Positions 1 through 8,453 of a stretch of DNA of 18,850 bases are shown here, piece after piece. Origin of the DNA: an uncultured Chloroflexia bacterium (GTDB lineage Bacteria > Chloroflexota > Anaerolineae > B4-G1 > SLSP01). A program made the position numbers and the translations under genes. Numbering within the stretch: the stretch's first letter is position 1; every line of letters starts with the position of its first letter. The notes under the pieces are model-generated. The model did not search any database and was not told where the DNA came from. It worked only from the letters and a program-made list of their open reading frames with translations. The DNA is taken from the NCBI GenBank assembly GCA_963751345.1, contig CAVVUS010000045.1:1-18850 (forward strand), read 5' to 3'.

Positions 1-226
1 ACCGGCGCGTCTCTACGAGAGTGGTGAAGGGCGTTGGGGAAAACTGACGCGCACCCCTTTCTGTGCGCCGCATGTCTGGAGTAGGGCGGACACCTCGCTA
101 TGGTGGCACGTAGGCGAGACCCGTGGAGCGCCCACCCCTCTCAGTGCCGGGCGCTAGGCGACAAGGCTACCCCGGCTGAGAGGTCCCCCCGGCCCAGGTG
201 CCTGGCACCGCTCGCGCATCCGTCCC

Positions 227-252
227 TGCAACCTACGCCCGCCGGCCCCGTA
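227..252 (+). promoter_or_regulatory. Putative ECF (SigW-like) promoter
   Basis: TGCAAC (227-232)-N16-CGTA (249-252), one mismatch from the B. subtilis SigW consensus TGAAAC-N16-CGTA, upstream of an envelope-stress-type gene. Confidence 0.6.
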
Positions 253-308
253 ATGTATCTCACACCGCGCGAGAGTCGCGCTGGGCGCCATACCAAAGGA
301 GAACAGAG

Positions 309-1122
309 ATGATTCGAAGATACCGCTATGCGACCGTTGCCATCGTCGCCGCCGCTATGATCGTCATGCTCAGGGTGTTCGTTCAGCAGCTTCGGACTGC
401 GGTCGGCGCGGGTAGGACCGCTGCAGACCGATTCCGCCACCATCGAACAGCAGGACGCGGACCAGGTTCGCGTCAGCCTCAGGATGGGCGCGGGTGAACT
501 CAAAGTCAACGGCGGCGCCGACGCGCTGATGGATGCCGAATTCACCTACAATGTCGAGGCGTGGAAGCCCGAGGTTTCCTACGACGTGTCGAATGGCGAG
601 GGAAGCCTGACCGTCCAGCAGCCCAACACGGACGAGATCTCCATCGGCGAGGCGACGCGCAATACCTGGGATATCACCTTCGGCGACGTAGTCCCGCTTG
701 ACGTGCACATCGAGTGCGGCGCCGGCAACCACGACGTCGATCTCTCCGGACTGCACGTCACCGCTCTCGATATGAAACTGGGCGCCGGGAATGCCACCGT
801 CGACCTCAGCGACAACCCCGAACTCAGCCGGCTCAGCTTCGACATCGGTGCGGGCGAAGCCGAGATCGACCTGACGGGACCTGCGGATCAGAACGTCGAG
901 GTTGACATCCAGGGCGGCGTCGGCTCGACGACGCTCCACCTGCCCAAGGACGTCGGCGTGCGCGTCAACGTCACCCGTGGCATCGGTGACATCCAGGCCA
1001 GCGGCCTCTTCAGCCGGGGCAACGGCACCTGGGAAAACGACGCCTACGGCAACACCGACGTCACGATGAACGTCAACATCACCTCGGGCATCGGGCACAT
1101 CGCGCTCGACGTCCAGGAGTAG
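309..1122 (+). CDS. DUF2154/LiaF-like (toast-rack family) beta-repeat lipoprotein; frameshift at about 371
   Basis: AAAGGAG RBS, ATG at 309 and signal peptide MIRRYRYATVAIVAAAMIVM. Removing one base near 371 gives ..GC-SFSS.. (lipobox-like) in frame with ORF 484-1122. Repeated GAG-x-x-x-[VI]DL[ST] units (MGAGELKV, CGAGNHDVDLS, LGAGNATVDLS, IGAGEAEIDLT, GGVGSTTLHLP). Confidence 0.75.
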
Positions 1123-1215
1123 GTTTGGCCGAGCCGAGGGAGCTATGGGAACAGCACGCGAGTGAAGTCCACGTGCTTCACGGCGACGCCCGCCCAATCG
1201 GACCTACCACCTTCT

Positions 1216-1280
1216 CAGCGCCCCATCAAGCCCCATTGATGGGGCGCTGCCTCGTAGCCCGGCGACTTCATCGCCGGGGC
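1216..1280. repeat. REP-like hairpin cluster / bidirectional terminator between convergent genes
   Basis: Perfect 14-bp stem CAGCGCCCCATCAA (1216-1229)/TTGATGGGGCGCTG (1236-1249), followed by GTAG-CCCGGCGA-CTTCA-TCGCCGGG. Confidence 0.65.
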
Positions 1281-1361
1281 GCCATCGCCGCTCGCTACCT
1301 CACCGCCACCGAGGTAGGCGCGATCGACACTCGTCGCCGTGCCCGTCATCACCCGTAGGCT

Positions 1362-1931
1362 CTACCTCACCACCACCGGCGCCGAGGCGGGCGCGATGGA
1401 TGCCGGGATGGCGTCGGCCTCGGAGTTGGCCAGTAGCACATCCTTCAATGCGACCTCCACATTGCCCGCTGCCACCGCCCGGAACCGGACGCGCGCCAAT
1501 ACCCCGTCGCCGCTCACCCCCTTGGCCGGGGGCATTTGGCTGACGGCGTAGTCGACCGTGCCCGCGTCGTTGTCGATCTTGTTCAGCGCTGTGAACCCCA
1601 CCGCCAGCATATCCCCGTCAAGGACGACAGGCGCCGCGCCGTCCGTCGCACCCACAGCCTCCAGCACAGCAGGGTCGAAACCCAGATGGAGTTCCAGGCC
1701 GTAGAGATCGCGGGCACCTTCGATTGAGACCGTTACCTCCACTGTCTCGCCCACGGCCACCTGCTCTGCCGCTGAAGTCAGCGATACGGTGGCGCCCGGC
1801 CCGGCCACGGTCGCTTGCACCGCCGTCGTAGCAGGCACAGCGTCCGTCGGCACGGCAGGTCCTGCCGGCGCCCCGCACCCCACAAGAAGTCCAACCAGCA
1901 AGAGGCAGACCAACCCATACCTGGATCTCAC
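1362..1931 (-). CDS. Cohesin-domain lipoprotein
   Basis: GGAGG RBS and GTG start; lipobox LLVGC; P/A/T-rich linker; cohesin-like motifs (VGETVEVTVSI, DLYGLELHLGFDPAVLE, VSGDGVLARVRFRAV). Confidence 0.85.
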   Translation of the reverse strand: MRSRYGLVCLLLVGLLVGCGAPAGPAVPTDAVPATTAVQATVAGPGATVSLTSAAEQVAVGETVEVTVSIEGARDLYGLELHLGFDPAVLEAVGATDGAAPVVLDGDMLAVGFTALNKIDNDAGTVDYAVSQMPPAKGVSGDGVLARVRFRAVAAGNVEVALKDVLLANSEADAIPASIAPASAPVVVR

Positions 1932-1957
1932 ACGAACCTCCTGTCACCTGCCTAGCG

Positions 1958-2006
1958 AGCCGCAGGGCTTGTCCTAAGCGCAGCCGCAGGGCCTGTCCTA
2001 GTCGAA
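1958..2006. repeat. 24-bp-period tandem intergenic repeat, 2 copies
   Basis: AGCCGCAGGGCTTGTCCTA (1958-1976) and AGCCGCAGGGCCTGTCCTA (1982-2000). Confidence 0.7.
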
Positions 2007-2019
2007 AGACCATCACTCG

Positions 2020-2811
2020 TCATGCCCTGACCGTCCGCAACCTTCCGGACTTGACCATGCGCCTGTAGACCCACACGGCGACAAATACCAGCGAATACCC
2101 GGCAACAACTCCTACCCACGTCGGGGCCTGAAACGTCAGCAGCAGCAGGAAGTCATTCCAGCCGTGGAAGAGGGCCACAAACGGCAGCAGGCCTCCCCAT
2201 TCGTAGGGCACGTGAAAGAACGCGAGCCCGAGGAGGGCGAACAGAACCCCGTTGAACAGCGAGGTCAGCACCGGACCCTGCGTGGCGATTTCGGCAGGCA
2301 CATGCCACAGGCCAAAGAGCAGCGCAGCCAGCAGGATACCCGGCCACCGGCGCCCGGTGACCGCGATCAGCTTGTTGTGCAGATAGCCTCGAAAGGCGAT
2401 CTCCTCGCCGAAGCCTACGAAGATGAAGTACTTCGCCAGCTCCAGGACCGTGATCGGCGACCACGTGTACTGCGTGATGGGGGCCAGCGCGAGGCCCAGG
2501 AGGCGCGCAATCCCTCTGCCGGCCAGGTCCACGATCGTCACCGCCACCCACCAGGCGACAAACAGGATCGCCCCGCTCGTCCAGGCACGCTTGCCCAACC
2601 CCACGTCCGCGGCCCGGACGCCCTCGCGCCGCAGGAACCACCACCCGAGCAGACCAATGCCTGCACTCGCCAGGATGGTGCCGATAGCGGCCTGGAGTCG
2701 CGTCTGGGGTGAGAGCACGACCCAGAGCGTCGGCAGGATCGCCACCACACAGAAGACCACCACCGACGTCCATTCACGGCGAAATCGCTTGCGCTCCAAG
2801 GGAGCCGTCAC
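2020..2811 (-). CDS. CPBP family (CAAX/Abi, Rce1-like) intramembrane metalloprotease
   Basis: Motifs EEIAFRG, FGLWH and FHGWND; multiple TM segments. GTG start chosen because it overlaps the upstream stop (GTGA at 2808-2811); start uncertain. Confidence 0.88.
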   Translation of the reverse strand: MTAPLERKRFRREWTSVVVFCVVAILPTLWVVLSPQTRLQAAIGTILASAGIGLLGWWFLRREGVRAADVGLGKRAWTSGAILFVAWWVAVTIVDLAGRGIARLLGLALAPITQYTWSPITVLELAKYFIFVGFGEEIAFRGYLHNKLIAVTGRRWPGILLAALLFGLWHVPAEIATQGPVLTSLFNGVLFALLGLAFFHVPYEWGGLLPFVALFHGWNDFLLLLTFQAPTWVGVVAGYSLVFVAVWVYRRMVKSGRLRTVRA

Positions 2812-5800
2812 AGAGGCGCCGCGAGTTCCTCCTGCCCGTTCCTTCCGCTTGTCCATGCCACCACCCCCATCGCCAGCATATAGACGTACGCCAGATCCAC
2901 GACGAAATACGACGCGTCCACCATCCCGTGGGCCAGAAAGTCGACCATCGACGCGGCAATGCCGATGCCCAGCGCGCGCACCTGCGGCGAGTCGGCCCGC
3001 CGCAGCGGCAGCACCCGCCACCAGAATACCACCTGCATCCACACGAAAATCGCCAGCCCCGGAAGCCCGAGCCGCGTCGCGAAGTCCAGCACGACGTTGT
3101 GCGGGTGCGAGAGGTTGAACTCCTCCCACGCCGTGGGCAGCACGTAGCGGCTGCGGTAGGCGTAGAGGAAGTTATCCGGCCCGACCCCGAGGATCGGATG
3201 GTCGCGGACCATCTGGAGCGAGCTGTACCACAGCGCTACGCGAAAGCCCGTCGTCCCCTGCTCGGGATTCAGCATATTGGCGAAGCGCGGCGTCCGCAGC
3301 AGCGGGATCAGCGCCACCAGCCCGACCACCAGCACCACAATCGTGATGCGTCGCCACCGCCCTCCCGCCAGCCACCCCAGCGCCAGCAACGCCCCCGGTA
3401 CCCCGAGGAGGATCGCGCCACGCGACAGGCTCAGCAGCAGCGCCAGACCAACCGGCACCATAGCCACCAGGTACCCCAGCCGCCGCGGACCTCGCACGAT
3501 TGAGGTCGCCCACGAACGGATCTCGGCCCGCACTCCCCCGTTCACCTTCGTCTGCGGCCCGGCCCACAGCACAATGGCCAGCAGCACCGGCAGCACACGG
3601 CCCAGGTAGAGCCCGACGTTGTTGGGCGACCCGTAGAGGCTCCGCAGTCGCGCGATGCCCCCCTCCGCGGTGATCACGTCGCCCAGCAGGAAGTACTGGA
3701 CCAGCCCCACCACCGCCACGACAAGCGCGCTGAGGACCCAGCCGTCCACGATGCGCCACCGCTCGCGCGCCGTCATCCGCATCGTCGCCAGCGCCACGAA
3801 GAAGAGCGCCGGCTCCACAATCACCAGCCGCAGCTCGCGGAATGCCTCCCGCTGATGCTGGGCCGCAAAGCTCGACACGACCGCCATCAGAATGAAGGCC
3901 AGGACCGGCCAAAAGAACACACGCAGCCGCCGCCAATCCACCGCGACAGCTCGCACCCCATCATCGCGGTCCGCCCTATCTGTCGGACCGCGGGCTGCCT
4001 GCCCCGCTCTATTTGCGGCGTCTCGCCCGCTCCGCTCTCCTGCCCCTCGCCCGCCCAGCCACTGCACCAGCCACCCCACCAGCGTCGGAAGCAGCACCAA
4101 CTCCGCCAGCGAGAACGACTTGCCGAAGAGCGAGAGTGGGTGCAGGTAGAGCGGCGCGGCGACCATCGTCAGCGCCAGGCCGAGGCTCGGGCTGAGGAAG
4201 ACCAGCACCGACATGACCGCACCTGCGACCAGCGTCAGCAGGAACCACGGGGAGAGATAGAAGAACCCGGTGCTCAACGCCAGCGCAGCCACCTGTCCGT
4301 AGTCGCCGAGGCGCCGGTAGATCCCATCGCCGGTCAGCGTCTGCCATGCCGCGAAAAGCGTGATCGCGGTGACCAGAAGCGAGACCGCCACGCGCACCCA
4401 CTCGGCCAGCCGGCCCCAGGCACCGCGCACCGCCTGCCCGACCGTCCCCCAGTCCGTCCGCCGTCCGGACCACCCACCCACGACCAACCCAACCGCTGCC
4501 AGCGCGCCGAAGACACCGTAGCCCCATCCAACCGCGGCCCGCCCCGGCGGCGCATCGAAGACCCGCCAGTCGGCCAGCGCCCACTGCCCCCACCCGCGAT
4601 CGGCTACGACCTCGACGGTGTGCTGCCCGGGCGCCAGCCCCGTCGCCAGCGGCACCGTGACCACAGACGAGGCGGGATCGTAGAGCACCACGTAGGCGCG
4701 CCCCTCACGATCCCGCGGCAGCGCGGGCGCAGGCTTGCCGTCGACCGTGACAAAGAGGAAGGCCCGGTAGGCACCCCGCCGCACGGTCAGCGCCACATCC
4801 GTGCCGTCAAACGTCAGCCGGACGCGGTCGCCGCTGGTCCCGATGTCCGCGCCCTGCGGGCCCAGCGTCCAGGCCCCCTCGAACTCGGCCAGAGAAGTGT
4901 CAGCCCGCGTGACCCCGACCCCCGCGACGGCAGGCTGCGTAGCCCACGCGCGCACCGCATCATAGACCGGGCGGGGCTCGCCCGGCCCCACCCCGTGGCT
5001 GCCGGTGCCCGGCGCTGGTGGCCCGATCAGCGCGAATCCCCAGTTCTCCTCGGCATCCGGCACAACGCCCTCTGCGAGCGCCGGCCCTGCGGGTCGTGGC
5101 TGCAGCCCGTTGATGCACATCAACCCCATCCAGGGCCACTCCCGATCGACACGCGCCAGCGCCTCCGCCGTATACTGAGCCTGCGTCGTCTCGTCCACGC
5201 TTCCCCAGATCGACGTGGGCCCGGGCCAGTCGGCCGGTTTGCTGTTCCACCCGAAGTCCGCGGCCCAGACGGCCTTGCCCGCGTCCCCGTGGGCGACCAG
5301 CGCCTCGCGAATGAGGATCACGCGCGAGAAGTTCAGGGTATCCTGCGACACATACCGGTCGTCGGGCCCCGTGAAAAAGCCGTACGGCTGCGCCGCCACG
5401 ACGTCGAAGTAGGGGCCGGCCCCGGCATCGTAGAGCAGATCCAGGAAGAGATCCTCAGCGTAGTTGAGCTGCCCCTCGGCCGGACCACCATCGGTCCCGC
5501 CCACCTCTACGGTCGGCGCGAGGCTGCCAAGCACGATCCGTGCGCCAGGTTCGGCCGCGCGAATGGCGTCTGCCGCCGCGGCAAGCATCGCCGTGTAGTC
5601 GCCGGGATCGGCCTTGCCACCCCAACTGTCGGCGAGATTGGGATTGTGCCAGATCTGGAAGTATGTGATCCGGTCGCCATACCGCTCGGCCACGGCCCCC
5701 GCCCACGCCGCATAGACCTCCGGGTCGGGTGGGATCACGGCCGAAACGGCACGCACCGGTCGCATCGGGCGCCCCCCCGCCCACGCGTGGGGCATCGTCC

Positions 5801-6180
5801 AGCACGGCCAGCACCCCGAGTCCACGCGCGGTCGCGGCGTCGACCACCCGGTCCATCGCCGACCAATCCCGCTGGCCCTGCACCGGCTCGACACTGGCCC
5901 ACGAGATCCGCTGTCGCACCCAGGCAAAGCCGCCGCCCACAATCTCGTCCAGCGCCCAATCAAGGTCGGATCCCGCGTAGGCGTCAAGCGGCGCGTTCAC
6001 GCACGCCCGTGACAGCGGCGTGCCCGTAGCGCCGGGGGTATCGGCAACCGGCTCGGGGAAAGCCGTCGGCCTGCCGCGGACCTGATAGACATACTGGGCG
6101 TGCAACTGCATGGCGCCGAGCACCGCCAGGGCCACGAGGCAGACGCCAATGGAAAACGTGAGAAGGGGTCTGCGCTTCAT
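2808..6180 (-). CDS. Fusion of N-terminal membrane anchor, GH-A clan-like TIM barrel, CBM-like sandwich and O-antigen ligase (Wzy_C) membrane domain; frameshift at about 5788
   Basis: ORF 5455-6180 carries the N-terminus (TM, WVRQRISWASVEP, WSAMDRVVDAA). ORF 2808-5987 continues with PPDPEVYAAWAGAVAERY, YFDVVAAQPYG and the ligase motifs RLRSLYGSPNN, LSLSRGA, HPILGVGPDNF, HPHNVVL and HGMVD. Joined by removing one base. Confidence 0.85.
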
Positions 6181-6184
6181 GGGG

Positions 6185-6263
6185 GCGGATTATACATCAG
6201 GGGAAGCGTTTAGCTATCAGCCATTAGCTGATGGCTGAAAGCTGTTGCTGATGTATAATCCGC
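6185..6263. promoter_or_regulatory. Divergent sigma70-type -10 promoters arranged as a perfect 16-bp inverted repeat
   Basis: GCGGATTATACATCAG (6185-6200)/CTGATGTATAATCCGC (6248-6263). Each arm contains TATAAT, 8 and 10 nt from the ATGs at 6180(-) and 6270(+); no SD motifs. Confidence 0.75.
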
Positions 6264-6269
6264 GCCAGA

Positions 6270-7056
6270 ATGAATCGACTGCTGCACCTTGAGCGCTGGA
6301 TCGAGCAACTGGTCGAGGAGCCCTTTGTCCGGCTCTTCGCCGGACGGCTGCTGCCTCAGGACGTCGCGCGCCACCTGGTCCGCGCCCTGGAGGACGGTGA
6401 GCGCGTTGGAGCGGACGGCACGCCCGAGGTGCCGGGGCGCTACCGCATCGAGCTCAATCCCGACGACCTTGTCGAGCTTCGCCGCCACCATCCCGACCTG
6501 GACGACCGCCTTCGCGAGGCGTTGGAGGGCCTGGTGGGCCGCATCAACCTCCGCACCCACGAGCCGCCCTCCATCGTTCTCCTGGCCAACGCGAGAGTCT
6601 CGCCCCATACCGTCGTCATCATGCCCGCGGACCGTACGGCCCCCGCGCCCGACCGGCACACAGGATCTCAAGAGCGACCACGTCCAGCGCGCAATGGATG
6701 TCGCCCCGCCCGACGACGCCGCCCATGCCTACCTGATCATCCACGGCGACCGTACCGTCGATCTGACCACGCCGACGGTGCGGATCGGCAGATCGCTCGA
6801 CAACGACGTGATCCTCGAAGACCGCCAGGTATCGCGGTATCACGCCCAACTGCGGCAGCGTTACGGCCGCTACATCCTCCAGGATCTGGGCAGCACCGGC
6901 GGCACGACCGTCAACGGCTTCCCCGTCCAGGAAATCGTGCTGCGGCCGGGTGACCTCATCTCGCTCTCGGGCGTCGACCTCATCTACGCCGAGTCGGAAC
7001 CTCTCGAGCGGACAGATCGCGGCCACACCCGGCCCTTCGCGCCGCACGCCGAGTGA
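6270..7056 (+). CDS. fhaA: FhaA-like protein (DUF3662 + C-terminal FHA); frameshift at about 6642
   Basis: N-terminus LERWIEQLVEEPFVRLF..LLPQDVARHLVRALED..PGRYRIELNPDD (DUF3662-like); FHA motifs IGRSLDND, VSRYHA and DLGSTGGTTVNG in the next frame; extra C in the C-run near 6640-6644. Confidence 0.85.
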
Positions 7057-7062
7057 GGCCCC

Positions 7063-7482
7063 ATGCCTGAACTCATGCTCATCCTGCGCATCGTGTTGGC
7101 CGTGCTGCTCTACGGCTTCCTCGGGCTCGTCTTCTACGCCATCTGGCGCGACCTCCGCGAGCGCGGACGCGAGCCCGAATGCGAGCTACCCGCAGGCAGC
7201 CTCATCGTCGAGGGGGAGACCGAGCCCCAACAGCGTTTCGCCCTTCGGCCCGTCACCGCCATCGGACGTGGTCGTGACAACCACGTGGTCATCGACGACC
7301 CCTTCGCCTCCTCCAACCACGCCGTCATCGTCTGGCGCGAGAACACCTGGTGGGTCGAGGACCTCAACAGCCACAACGGCACCTACCTCAACGACGAACG
7401 AATCGACGGGCCCCGCCCCCTCGTCTCCGGCGACCGCATCTCCATCGGCGAGACCACCCTCCGCTTCGAGCTACCGGCCTGA
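7063..7482 (+). CDS. fhaB: FhaB/FipA-like membrane-anchored FHA protein
   Basis: N-terminal TM (LILRIVLAVLLYGFLGLVF); FHA motifs IGRGRDN, ASSNHA and DLNSHNGTYLN; directly follows fhaA. Confidence 0.85.
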   Translation: MPELMLILRIVLAVLLYGFLGLVFYAIWRDLRERGREPECELPAGSLIVEGETEPQQRFALRPVTAIGRGRDNHVVIDDPFASSNHAVIVWRENTWWVEDLNSHNGTYLNDERIDGPRPLVSGDRISIGETTLRFELPA

Positions 7483-7532
7483 TCTCAGTGCCTGGCACTT
7501 TCCCGGACGGACGATGCACTGTCCCAACACAG

Positions 7533-7561
7533 TTGACGATCCGTCAAACGTATGCTAGAAT
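7533..7561 (+). promoter_or_regulatory. Sigma70 promoter of the TA operon with overlapping palindromic operator
   Basis: TTGACG (7533-7538)-N17-TAGAAT (7556-7561) with extended TG; inverted repeat TTGACG-ATC-CGTCAA (7533-7547). Confidence 0.8.
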
Positions 7562-7604
7562 TGTGTATCGTATGACGCTAACCGTATCGATAGAGAGGTG
7601 CAAT

Positions 7605-7811
7605 GTGGAGACGGTGACAGTATCGCCCAAGTACCAAGTGGTCATCCCAAGCCGCCTTCGGACTCAGCTCAGAATCGAACCGGGGCAAAAGATCAAAGTC
7701 ATCCTTTACGACAATCGTCTGGAGATGATTCCTGTGCGCCCGATTGAATCGGCGCGAGGATTTCTCAAGGGGATTGACACGACGATCGAACGCGAGCCGG
7801 ATCGATTATGA
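7605..7811 (+). CDS. vapB: AbrB/MazE/SpoVT-family antitoxin (VapB)
   Basis: GAGGTG RBS and GTG start; VTVSPKYQVVIPSRLRTQLRIEPGQKI AbrB signature; ATGA overlap with the toxin gene. Confidence 0.9.
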   Translation: METVTVSPKYQVVIPSRLRTQLRIEPGQKIKVILYDNRLEMIPVRPIESARGFLKGIDTTIEREPDRL

Positions 7812-8182
7812 ACGTCGTAGATTCCAGCGGTTGGCTCGAGTACTTCGCAGACGGCCCAAATGCTGACGTCTTTGCGCCTGCGATCGAGGATCTTTCAGCT
7901 CTGATTGTGCCCTCGCTGAGCCTATATGAAGTATTCAAGCGCGTCCTTCAACAGCGAGGTGAGGGAGAAGCGCTCCAGGCAGTTGCCGTGATGCTCCAGG
8001 GCCGAGTTGTTGATCTGGGCGTCGATCTGGCGCTCAGCGCGGCCAAGATATCGGCTACGCTGAAACTGCCCATGGCAGATAGCGTCATGCTGGCGACCGC
8101 GCGCACGTACCAAGCAACGCTATGGACGCAGGATGGCGACTTCGAGGGGTTGGACGACGTCACGTATGTCGGGAAACACTAG
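7808..8182 (+). CDS. vapC: VapC PIN-domain toxin
   Basis: VVDSSGW, LYEV, LPMADS and TQDGDF acidic PIN residues; 124 aa; coupled to the antitoxin. Confidence 0.92.
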   Translation: MNVVDSSGWLEYFADGPNADVFAPAIEDLSALIVPSLSLYEVFKRVLQQRGEGEALQAVAVMLQGRVVDLGVDLALSAAKISATLKLPMADSVMLATARTYQATLWTQDGDFEGLDDVTYVGKH

Positions 8183-8252
8183 CAGAGCGAGCGCTCGCAG
8201 CTCGACGCCCATGCAAAACGGGGCCCCCACTCGGGGACCCCGCGAGACTCAG

Positions 8253-8339
8253 CGGAGAGGGAGGGATTTGAACCCTCGGAGCCTTTCGGCTCACGCGCTC
8301 TCCAGGCGCGCGCATTAGGCCGGACTATGCAACCTCTCC
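8253..8339 (-). tRNA. tRNA-Ser (anticodon GGA), CCA not encoded
   Basis: Reverse complement GGAGAGG..CGCGC-CTGGAGA-GCGCG-long variable arm GAGCCGAAAGGCTC-GAGGG-TTCAAAT-CCCTC-CCTCTCC-G. Confidence 0.96.
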
Positions 8340-8350
8340 AAAGCTTCGCG

Positions 8351-8378
8351 ATTATAACATAGCCTACCGTTCTGGCAA
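8351..8378 (-). promoter_or_regulatory. Sigma70 promoter of tRNA-Ser
   Basis: TTGCCA (8378-8373)-N16-TATAAT (8356-8351) with extended TG, 11 nt upstream of the tRNA. Confidence 0.8.
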
Positions 8379-8398
8379 CCGGCGCCCATCCCCACCAC

Positions 8399-8438
8399 AA
8401 GAAAACCGGGCACAGGCCGTAGCTGGCCTGTGCCCGGT
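8399..8438 (-). terminator. Intrinsic terminator of ftsH
   Basis: Perfect 14-bp stem ACCGGGCACAGGCC (8405-8418)/GGCCTGTGCCCGGT (8425-8438), followed by a T-rich tail on the minus strand. Confidence 0.85.
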
Positions 8439-8453
8439 ATGGGACTTGCTAAC

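Noticed and set aside
137-230. TPP, glycine or c-di-GMP riboswitch suggested by CTGAGA and CTCTCAG
   Set aside because: Downstream conserved cores and the required architecture are missing.
1295-1400. DGR template/variable repeat pair
   Set aside because: Too short, differences are not adenine-specific, and no reverse transcriptase is present.
2812-3129. N-terminal extension of the CPBP ORF to 3129
   Set aside because: Overlaps the ligase coding region in another frame with non-protein-like composition.
7483-8339. Prophage or integrative element at tRNA-Ser
   Set aside because: No integrase and no duplicated tRNA 3' end (att site) seen.
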